Shown piece after piece: positions 36,770 to 45,100 of a stretch of DNA of 64,000 nucleotides. This DNA is from a virus. Its lineage: Duplodnaviria > Caudoviricetes. The translations under genes and the position numbers were made by a program. Every line of letters starts with the position of its first letter. Position 1 is the stretch's first letter. The stretch covers positions 1 through 64,000 of the IMG/VR virus record IMGVR_UViG_2721756095_000004, one strand, 5' to 3'. The notes below the pieces were generated by a model, which made no database searches, was not told the DNA's origin, and saw nothing but the letters and a program-made list of their open reading frames with translations.

Positions 36770-37197
36770 TGCGCGCTATTAATAAGCTGCTGGCGCCACT
36801 GACCCGCCGGGTACGGCTGATGGTCGGGCGCGGGGTGCTTTCCCTGGTAAACGATGGGCTCAAGATGCAGGGCGTGCAGGTTCAATTGCTCGCTGATGAA
36901 GTGCGGGATCTGGAGCGTTTCCAGGACTACGGCTTTACCTCTGTACCTCATGTCGGGGCGGAAGTTGCGGCGGTATTTGTCGACGGCAACCGGGATCACG
37001 GCATTGCCATCCGCATCGATGACCGGCGCTACCGCGTCAAGGGACTGAAGTCCGGCGAGGTGGCCATCTATACGGATGAGGGTGACAAGGTTGTAATGAA
37101 GCGTGGACGTATTATCGAGATAACTGCGGGCACGAAAGTGCGCATGGTGACACCGCTTCTCGAAGTGACGGGCGAGATCAAGGGTCTTCAGCCGTGA
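36769..37197 (+). CDS. Baseplate spike (Mu gp45), short C-terminus
   Basis: Q.YGFTS.P..GAE, D.RYR...L..GEVA.Y. Confidence 0.88.
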   Translation: MRAINKLLAPLTRRVRLMVGRGVLSLVNDGLKMQGVQVQLLADEVRDLERFQDYGFTSVPHVGAEVAAVFVDGNRDHGIAIRIDDRRYRVKGLKSGEVAIYTDEGDKVVMKRGRIIEITAGTKVRMVTPLLEVTGEIKGLQP

Positions 37198-37646
37198 GCG
37201 ATATTCGCACATTATTCTTCGGGTTCGAGCGGGGCGCGGATTATGCGCTCGATGCCCTTGGCCTGACGTCAGACGATGGGCTGGAAACCGCCGTAATCCT
37301 CTCGCTTTTCACAGACCGCCAGGCTGAGCCGGCGGACATCATCCCGGATGGCACAACTGACCAGCGCGGCTGGTGGGCGGATGCTTTTGCCGATGTGCCG
37401 GCGGACAAGATAGGCAGCCGATTATGGTTGCTCCATCGGGAAAAACAACTCCAGTCCGTGGTGAACCGCGCACGTGAGTATGCCCAGGAGTCGCTCGACT
37501 GGCTGGTGGATGATGGCGTGGCCAAGGCAGTGACTGTCACTGCAGAAGTCGTGCGCACGGGTGTGTTAGGTCTATCCATCGAGATTGTCCGGCCCGATAG
37601 CACTGTTGCTAAATTCCGTTTTGATAATTTCTGGAAGGCTGCGTAA
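37194..37646 (+). CDS. Baseplate protein (Mu gp46)
   Basis: L.TAV.LSLFTDR, RGWW.D, GSRLWLL.REK. Confidence 0.92.
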   Translation: MSDIRTLFFGFERGADYALDALGLTSDDGLETAVILSLFTDRQAEPADIIPDGTTDQRGWWADAFADVPADKIGSRLWLLHREKQLQSVVNRAREYAQESLDWLVDDGVAKAVTVTAEVVRTGVLGLSIEIVRPDSTVAKFRFDNFWKAA

Positions 37647-38693
37647 ATGCCATTTTCCCGCCCTACACTTGCCGATCTGATAGAGCGTTCGATTTCCGAT
37701 ATCGAAGCGCGCCTGCCAGGCGTGGACGCCCGCCTGCGCCGATCCAACCTCAACGTTCTCTCGCGGGTGCATGCCGGAGCAATTCATGGCCTGTATGGCT
37801 ATCTTGACTGGCTGTCCAAACAGGTGATTTACGACACCGCCGAAGCGGAAATCCTCGACCGCTGGGCAACGATCTGGCTGGCACAGCCGCGCAAGGCCGC
37901 CGTATCGGCCATTGGCGATATAACTTTTACCGGTACCGATGGCGCGGTGATACCGACGGGAACTCTGCTGCAGCGCGCCGACGGCGCGGCATTCACCACC
38001 AATGCCGCTGCTACCATTTCCGCAGGCACCGCCACCGCCGCAGTCACGGCTTCGCTTGCCGGTACCGCTGGCAATACGGATGCCGCCGCGACGTTAAATA
38101 TGGTGGTGCCGATTGCCGGGGTTAACGCCGCCGCCACCGTTGCTGTGGGCGGACTTTCCCAAGGCTCCGACACTGAGGCGGATGCCAATCTGCGCGCCAG
38201 GCTGATAGCGCGCATCCGGCAGCCGCCGCACGGCGGCGCGGATTATGACTATATCGCCTGGGCGCTTGAAGTCGCTGGCGTAACCCGTGCATGGGTGTAT
38301 CCGAAGGAGCTCGGCCTTGGCACCGTTACGGTGCGCTTCGTGCGCGATGATGATGCAAGCATCATTCCAGACGCCGCCGAGGTGACAGCGGTGCAAGACT
38401 ATATCGACGCTCGCCGTCCGGTAACAGCTGTGGTAACGGTGGTCGCGCCGGTAGCGGCGGCGCTGAATTTTACCATCTCGGCAGTTACGTCAGTCCGGGA
38501 CGCGATCGCTGCTGCGCTTACTGACATGCTGCTCCGTGAGGCCGAGCCGGGCGGCACCATCCTTCTCTCGCGCATTCACCAGGCTATCAGCGTCGCGGCG
38601 GGAGACAACGATTACACGTTGAATGTGCCGAGTGCGGACGTAACGCATACCGCAGGCAAATTGGCGACGATGGGGACCATCACATGGGCATAA
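37647..38693 (+). CDS. Baseplate J-like protein (Mu gp47)
   Basis: RPTL, PPHGGA..DY..WA.EV.GV.RAW. Confidence 0.92.
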   Translation: MPFSRPTLADLIERSISDIEARLPGVDARLRRSNLNVLSRVHAGAIHGLYGYLDWLSKQVIYDTAEAEILDRWATIWLAQPRKAAVSAIGDITFTGTDGAVIPTGTLLQRADGAAFTTNAAATISAGTATAAVTASLAGTAGNTDAAATLNMVVPIAGVNAAATVAVGGLSQGSDTEADANLRARLIARIRQPPHGGADYDYIAWALEVAGVTRAWVYPKELGLGTVTVRFVRDDDASIIPDAAEVTAVQDYIDARRPVTAVVTVVAPVAAALNFTISAVTSVRDAIAAALTDMLLREAEPGGTILLSRIHQAISVAAGDNDYTLNVPSADVTHTAGKLATMGTITWA

Positions 38694-39268
38694 CGGCTGA
38701 CGATTATCTGAGCCAGTTGCAATCGTTGCTACCGCAGGGGCAGGCATGGCCGCGCGAACCGGACGCCACGCTTACCCAGTTGATGGCAGCGCTGGCCGAG
38801 GAATTTGCCCGTTTTGATGCCCGCACCCAGAGGCTGTTCGACGAAGCCGACCCGCGCACCACGGTCGAGCTATTAGCCGACTGGGAGCGGGTGGCGGGAC
38901 TGCCGGAAGCCTGCCTGGCTGCAATCGCCCAGACGACGGGAGAGCGTCGCTCTGCGCTGCTCTCCAAACTGATCGGCGTGGGTGGACAGAGCAGGCAGTA
39001 TTTTATTGGTATTGCGGCCGCGCTCGGATATACGGTCACCCTAACCGAGTTTCGGCCATTCCAAGTTAATTCAGAAGTAAACGATGCCCTCCGGGGCGAG
39101 CAATGGCGGTTTGCCTGGCAGGTCAATTCCGCATTGATTACGGTGCGCGCCTCCACCGTGGCCGCAGCGGTTAATGATCCGCTTCGGTCGTGGGGGAATG
39201 CGGCGCTGGAGTGTGTTATTTCAAAATACAGCCCGGCACATACGAAAGTTTTATTCGCTTACACATAG
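38684..39268 (+). CDS. Baseplate protein (Mu gp48/DUF2313)
   Basis: LLP.G.AW, LL.DWERV.GLP, LEC......PAHT. Confidence 0.92.
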   Translation: MGITADDYLSQLQSLLPQGQAWPREPDATLTQLMAALAEEFARFDARTQRLFDEADPRTTVELLADWERVAGLPEACLAAIAQTTGERRSALLSKLIGVGGQSRQYFIGIAAALGYTVTLTEFRPFQVNSEVNDALRGEQWRFAWQVNSALITVRASTVAAAVNDPLRSWGNAALECVISKYSPAHTKVLFAYT

Positions 39269-39284
39269 AAAGAAGAGGAACAGC

Positions 39285-40094
39285 ATGGACAATAGAAAGT
39301 TTCAGACCGCCGCTTCCGCCAGCCCGCCGCCCGCCGAGGCAGCCCCATCGACCGGGTACCCGACCGATGGCAACCCGTCCCTCGCACTGCCGGCCACCGT
39401 GCCGGGCGCCGCGTGGTTCCACCAGATTGGCGAGGAGCTGCGAAACCTGCTGACACAGGCGTCCATCATACCCAGCGCTGCCGATCTTACGCAGCTGCAT
39501 GCGGCCATAAAAACATTGTTCAGCAACGCGACGATCACCAGCGCCGGTGCCGCGCCGACCTTTACCCTGACACCGTCACCAGCGATTGCCGCGTACGTCG
39601 CCGGGCAGCGGTATCGGATCAATTTTCATGCTACCGGAACCACGGGTAGCAACACGCTGAACGTGTCTGCGCTGGGTGTCAAGAACCTGAAACAGTACGA
39701 TGCCTTCGGTGCGAAAGTGCCAGCGATGGTCGTGTCTGGACAATTGACAGATGTCGAGTATGACGGCGTGGATATGGTGATCCTTGACCCATTGATGGTT
39801 GACTTTTCGAGGAAGCCTATCTCTGCAAATGATTATCAGCTGCTACCGAGTGGATCTATTATTCAATGGGGAATCAATGCGCAAAACATAACCGCTGGAA
39901 TAGAGAGCGCAGCCGTTATGTTTCCGATCACTTTCCCGAATGCCATTTTTGGTATTTTTATTTGTCATATCGGCGCGATAGAGACTGTAAATGTAATCAT
40001 TTCCAACACAACTCCACATACCACATCGAAGTTTCACTGGAAATCGAATCATACCGGAAGCCAATCTCATTTCTGGTTCGCCATAGGACGCTAA
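39285..40094 (+). CDS. Tail fibre protein
   Basis: GYPTDGNP....AT.PGA.W....EEL N-terminus; gp53-like C-terminus LP.G.IIQWG..FP..FPN..WFAIG. Confidence 0.85.
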   Translation: MDNRKFQTAASASPPPAEAAPSTGYPTDGNPSLALPATVPGAAWFHQIGEELRNLLTQASIIPSAADLTQLHAAIKTLFSNATITSAGAAPTFTLTPSPAIAAYVAGQRYRINFHATGTTGSNTLNVSALGVKNLKQYDAFGAKVPAMVVSGQLTDVEYDGVDMVILDPLMVDFSRKPISANDYQLLPSGSIIQWGINAQNITAGIESAAVMFPITFPNAIFGIFICHIGAIETVNVIISNTTPHTTSKFHWKSNHTGSQSHFWFAIGR

Positions 40095-40108
40095 TAAGGA
40101 TAACTGCC

Positions 40109-40645
40109 ATGTTCTACTCACCATCAACCTTCGGTTTTTACCACCCTTCTATACACGGCGACAACATTCCTGTTGATGCCGTCGAAATCACTATTGATGA
40201 GCATGCCGCACTGCTCTATGGCCAGTCCCAAGGCAAACGTATCGTTGCAGACCAGTTGGGCCGCCCGGTTCTCGCCGATCCCCTGCCGCCGACCGCTACC
40301 GTGATGATTGCCGCCGCGCTGGCACGCATCAATGCTGCCTATGAAGGGGCAGTAGCGTCAATGACAGCGGGCTACCCGGAAGATGAGGTAAGAAGCTGGA
40401 CAAAGCAGGAAACGGAAGCCAGGGAGTGGCTTAAGGACCCGGCCACGGCAACGCCATGGATTGATGGGGCGGTCTTGGCACGTGGCATAGCGAAGGCCGA
40501 TCTCGTTACCAAAATTATCGAGAATGCTAACCTTTTTGCGCCCATGCACGGTGAGCTGACCGGGAAAAGGCAGAAACTCCGGGATCAAATAGGGGCACTC
40601 GGAGCAAGTCCTACGCAGCAGCAGCTGGACGCAATTCGGTGGTGA
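40109..40645 (+). CDS. Tail fibre assembly protein
   Basis: MFYS.ST.GFY...IHG..IP.DAVEI; AAGGA RBS. Confidence 0.8.
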   Translation: MFYSPSTFGFYHPSIHGDNIPVDAVEITIDEHAALLYGQSQGKRIVADQLGRPVLADPLPPTATVMIAAALARINAAYEGAVASMTAGYPEDEVRSWTKQETEAREWLKDPATATPWIDGAVLARGIAKADLVTKIIENANLFAPMHGELTGKRQKLRDQIGALGASPTQQQLDAIRW

Positions 40646-40670
40646 CTGCAATGAAAGTAAAGAAGAGAGA

Positions 40671-40800
40671 GCGGCCGAAATCATGCTGTAACATGGTCCC
40701 GGCCGCCGTAACCCACAGGACACACCTGTGAGCCACAGCCAAGGCTCCCTGCCAGTCGACCGGCAACGGGAGTCTAGCATAACCATGAGAGAGGCTCACA
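40671..40800 (+). ncRNA. Structured RNA leader of the methylase gene
   Basis: Three stems plus TGTGAGCC (40727-40734), complementary to GGCTCACA (40793-40800) abutting the ATG. Confidence 0.55.
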
Positions 40801-41562
40801 ATGCACAACCCTATTATTCCGTGGATCGGCGGTAAACGCCGCCTGGCAAACAAGATCATGCCGCTTTTCCCAGCCCATGAATGCTATGTCGAACCGTTTG
40901 CCGGCGCGGCCGCGTTGTATTTCCGGAAGGCGCCGGCACAGGTCGAAGTGCTCAACGACATCAATGGCGAGTTGGTGAATTTATACCGAGTGGTCAAGCA
41001 TCATATGGAAGAGCTTGCCAAGCAATTCAAGTGGGCGTTAACCAGCAGACAAATATTCAAGTGGCTGCAGGCAACACCAGAGGAAACGCTGACCGATATC
41101 CAACGTGCGGCCAAGTTCTATTACCTGCAAAAACTGGCATTCGGCGGCCGAGTGGAAGGCCAGACCTTTGGCACAGCCACTACCTCACCGCCCAGACTTA
41201 ACTTGCTACGGCTTGAGGAGGATCTGAGCCAGGCTCACCTGCGCTTGGCCAGAACCTACATCGAACATCTGGATTGGCAGGAATGCATCAGCAAGTACGA
41301 CCGGCCGCACACTCTTTTTTATCTCGATCCGCCGTACTGGGGGACCGAGGGATATGGCGTCGGGTTCGGTCTGGAGCAATATGATGAGATGGCGAAACTG
41401 GCCAAGACGATAAAGGGAAACATGATCATCAGCGTCAACGATATCCCTGAGATGCGAAACGCCTTCGCTGGACTGACGATGGAGTCAGTCGATATCAACT
41501 ACACGGTCGGTGGAGCGCAGAGGTGCGGGAAGCGTGCCGAGCTGATCATCAGGAGTTGGTGA
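40801..41562 (+). CDS. DNA adenine methyltransferase (D12/Dam class) at the mom position
   Basis: PWIGGK, YVEPFAG, LNDIN, FYLDPPY. Confidence 0.93.
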   Translation: MHNPIIPWIGGKRRLANKIMPLFPAHECYVEPFAGAAALYFRKAPAQVEVLNDINGELVNLYRVVKHHMEELAKQFKWALTSRQIFKWLQATPEETLTDIQRAAKFYYLQKLAFGGRVEGQTFGTATTSPPRLNLLRLEEDLSQAHLRLARTYIEHLDWQECISKYDRPHTLFYLDPPYWGTEGYGVGFGLEQYDEMAKLAKTIKGNMIISVNDIPEMRNAFAGLTMESVDINYTVGGAQRCGKRAELIIRSW

Positions 41563-41647
41563 GCATCGGCATGTTAAGTTTTCTGACCATTCTGTATGGT
41601 GTGATTTATTAACACCGGCGCAGGAGGAGGTGGATGGCCGTTAAAAT

Positions 41648-41665
41648 GGCGGAAACGTTTCCGCC
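41648..41665. promoter_or_regulatory. Perfect palindromic copy of the late-activator site
   Basis: GGCGGAAACGTTTCCGCC matches the dyads at 16042 and 24867. Confidence 0.6.
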
Positions 41666-41669
41666 CTCA

Positions 41670-41716
41670 GTCCCAAATTACGCGCAAAATAGTCTCAAGC
41701 AAAACGCGCGTTTACA
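41670..41716 (-). repeat. Right end (attR) with two transposase-binding repeats
   Basis: GTCCCAA 41670-41676 and GTCTCAA 41692-41698 (22-bp spacing), terminal CA at 41715-41716. Confidence 0.8.
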
Positions 41717-41721
41717 GCCCA
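41717..41721. repeat. Right 5-bp target-site duplication GCCCA
   Basis: Identical to 3801-3805. Confidence 0.92.
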
Positions 41722-41722
41722 A

Positions 41723-41760
41723 CAAAAAGAAAAGGCTCACGATAGCAATCGTAAGCCTTT
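41723..41760 (-). terminator. Intrinsic terminator downstream of the tRNA 3' end
   Basis: AAAGGCTTACGAT-TGCT-ATCGTGAGCCTTT followed by TCTTTTTG on the minus strand. Confidence 0.7.
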
Positions 41761-41767
41761 GTAAAAT

Positions 41768-41813
41768 TGGTGGGTCTGGCTGGACTCGAACCAGCGACCA
41801 AGGGATTATGAGT
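41768..41813 (-). pseudogene. 3' fragment of tRNA-Ile(CAT) = att core of the second prophage
   Basis: ACTCATAATCCCTTGGTCGCTGGTTCGAGTCCAGCCAGACCCACCA: CAT anticodon loop, T arm, CCA; closely resembles ileX-type tRNA; D arm and 5' acceptor strand absent. Confidence 0.88.
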
Positions 41814-42021
41814 TACTCTTTCTGCTGGTTGAATATAAATGAAATCAATAATATCAGATACTTACAAGATGCGACAAAAGCAATAAACCGCTAAAAGTGC
41901 TATTGGATGGCAAAATAATCCGCACCAACATTTGTCATAAGTTAATTTGGCACAATTCCACCAGATTAAACCAGTGCTATACTCCCCTAATGGTCCCGTC
42001 CATCCTCTTCTTCATAGCCCG

Positions 42022-42171
42022 ATGCTGACATTCTTAGCCGCCCTTCTCGGTATCGCCATGGTCCTTGTCATGACCCCGGCCCTTATCGGCGCGATTCTGA
42101 AACACAGTGACGCGCTCCCAATTGTCGGGATCATGTTTGCGGCAATAATAATCTTCGGCGTTATCTGGTAG
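42022..42171 (+). CDS. Small 2-TM membrane protein, possible superinfection exclusion
   Basis: 49 aa, highly hydrophobic; TGCTATACT extended -10 at 41975-41983; convergent with the ejection genes. Confidence 0.45.
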   Translation: MLTFLAALLGIAMVLVMTPALIGAILKHSDALPIVGIMFAAIIIFGVIW

Positions 42172-45100
42172 CCTCGACATAGCGCTTATTGAAGTCGGAC
42201 ATTAGCACCCTTTTCCGCTCCGCCAGTTCTTTCAATTTTTCCCGCTTATCATCCGGATTCGATTTCTCGATCGCGCGTTCACGTTTCCGCATGTTTTCCA
42301 GAATGTTCGATACGAACTTTGCCCGACCGGAGAGTTTAAGTTCCCCATATTCATCACGCAGCGCAGCCCGCTTTTCTGGATCGCCGCGGAAGTTCTTTAA
42401 CTCCTCTTCCGCCAGGTTCACGCTTTTGAGGTTCTGGTAGAACTTGCGCTCAGTCTGGTATTCCGGTTTCGCGCTCAGAAAGATATTAGCGAACGGAACT
42501 TCCTTTGCCTGAATCTCTTCATCCTGGGCGGCTTTTATCGGCAGGCTGAATGCTTGCAGATAAGTGCGCCCAGCGCCGCCGGCAAGCGATGAAACCGCAA
42601 AGTCCAATAGCGCGGGGTTGGTATCTATGAATCCAGGCCGAACCTCATTCCCCCCCGTTGCATCGTTCAGAAACTCAGTCAGCCATTTAGCCGGCGCGCT
42701 GGTTGATTTAAACCCCATTTGATATTCAGGCTTCGGCACACCAAAGGGCGATTGCTCGCGCCTCATCGGATTGCCAGCGAAGTTCTTGTTTTCGCCCCAC
42801 TGCACAAGAGGATCGCCGATGGTCGGCGCAATTAATTGTGTTACTGAACCTGCCTGCCCTACCGGGCTGAACGCATCGAAGAATACGGCTGCGAGCTCAA
42901 CCGCGCTATTTGCAGGACTATAGTTCTCCCTGAACATACCCTCGCTCATCTTCCGGCCAACCGAGGCAAAGAAGTTGTAACCGTAAGGCATGGGAACAGT
43001 TACCGGCCTGCTGCCCGCCATAAAGACAAAGTTCATGGCTTTTGTATGTTCGGGCAATTGGTCGTAATCGTTCTCACCATCGTCGTCATCGTCACCCGCC
43101 ATTGAACGAGCAAGAATATCCATAAGGAAGCCGGAAGCGACTATGCCGCCCACGATCTTCTGAACTTGCTTATTGCCCAATGCTTGGATGAGCCTTGCCG
43201 TGCCCTGAATGGATGCGTTCATGAACATGTACCACATATTCAGTTCCGTGCTCTTGGCGCCCTTCAGATTAAAGTTAACCGTGAGCCCCTTGGCAACTGA
43301 GCTGCTTTTACCCTCCGATAACCCGCGCTTGCGCGCATTCACGTAAACCGCCAGGCGGATTCCATTCTCGACGGCACTATTCGCGTCTTCGATCAATTCC
43401 CACCAGTCCTTCGCAAGCCGCCGGGTAAAATTCCACTTGCCCGGCCCCATGACCTCAAGTTGATTCCTGAGCTTATCTGCCCGCTCGCCAATGTCCCGGT
43501 AGTTGTCCATCCAGCCAACTTGCCCGCCGGAATCCCTGAATTCCCGGGCATCTTTCGCCCACTGAGAATTCATGTTGCCGCGGGTTAATTGCCACATGCC
43601 CCGGATAGCCTTTGGCACATCCGCAAATACCTGTCTTTTCATCCCCGCAAGTTCGGTATCTGACAAATTGACATAAGCCGTCTGCAGGTCGCGTAAGAAG
43701 TTACGAGCAACAAACACCGGGTTTGCCGTGGTATTCATCGTTGCCAGAAAGCGCGTGAATTTACCGACTGCCTGAGTCACTTCCCCGAGTTGCTGAGTGC
43801 TCAGATTCTTGATGGATGAGGCAAGCCGCATTGCTGCCGGATTCTGTTTATTGAATTCGATGGTATGCTCTTCGCCGTCGATCTTGAACGTCAACACTTC
43901 ATCGCGCTGCTTATACAAGGGATCAACACGCTCGACTACAAGTCCTGTTACCGGATCCATTTCGCGCTTGGTATCCTGATCATCCACCTTCCACAGCTCC
44001 GGATCCGGGTGCGCCATAACGAATTCAAATAAAGCATTGTCCACTCTGGATTTCTCGGCCCGAATAATTGCAGTTTCATGCTGCGCAACCACATGAGCGA
44101 GAATGTCCGTTACCGCCCTATTCGATCCGGTAGCCCGCTTGCTTTCCTTGCCTCGGATATTAAAGCCCCGGCCTACAGGCGGATTCGTGTTTCCACCAAC
44201 TTCATCGCGATGTAAAGGAACATAGTGATCGTACTTCGCCTCCCATGCGGCGATCATCTCGGGAGTCTCCAAACCGGCATCCACGATCACTTTTCTGGTT
44301 GCAGTAGTTATCTCATCAACCATGGATGAAGCGCGCTGCAGGGCCTCTAATTTGCCCGTTTCCTTGACTTTCTGGATTACTGCTTTTGCCGCGGCGTCAC
44401 TCATTCCAGACAATGCCGTATTGTCGCCATCGAACGGTTTCATATTTTGCAACCGCTTCAATTGCTCAATTGACTGCACGTAATCCTGAACGGCTTTTTT
44501 CTTCCGCAGCTCAGATACTTCTCTATCCAACAGAATCTCGTCGGTGGGATCGACAAGACCATCCTCAACGTCAGATTGCGCCTGTCTCAACTCGCGCCGC
44601 TTCTGGATGAACTCGACAACATTTTTATCCTTGGCCAGCCTGTCACGAGTCGCCGCAAGTTTCTTGATGCGCTCATCCAACTCCTGAACGGTCGGGTTGA
44701 TGTCCTTCATGGCCGCATTGCGGGATGGAGCGTGCATCGCGTGCAGGAACTCTTCAACCTCCTCATATTTCAGATTACCGTCATGGATAGCCTGAATAAG
44801 CGGATCACGCATATCATCATGGAAGTCATCGGTGCGCGCGCGAACACGGCCAGGATAGTTAATCTCAGCAAGCGATGCGTCCATATCCTCATTCACCGGC
44901 CCCGCTTCTTTCTGAATATCCCGAAGATCCATGAACCGATCCTGGAAGTTGAATATCAGAGAGTCAACGATACGGCTGGTTCTGGAGGGGCCGGATGAGG
45001 CGTTATTGTCGGGCCGGGATGGTTTGCGGCTGAACATCGTTCCGCTCGACGCTTCCCTATAAGCCTCAGCCTGCTTGTCATCAAACAGCGATACCTCGTT

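Larger units (their letters stand above)
3806..41716 (+). mobile_element. Mu-like transposable prophage (contractile tail), apparently full length
   Basis: TGT...ACA termini with TTGAGAC at positions 19-25 from both ends, 5-bp TSD, Mu gene order c-ner-A-B-gam-gemA-mor-lysis-terminase-portal-F-I-T-tail-methylase. Confidence 0.95.

Noticed and set aside
39285-40800. Invertible G-segment, gin and com genes
   Set aside because: No serine recombinase, no inverted fibre copy and no CxxC Com ORF
41768-41845. Complete tRNA gene
   Set aside because: Similarity stops at the anticodon loop; D arm and 5' acceptor strand are missing, so it is an att duplication
41634-41894. 86-aa ORF
   Set aside because: Runs across the Mu end, TSD, terminator and tRNA fragment, so it is a junction artefact
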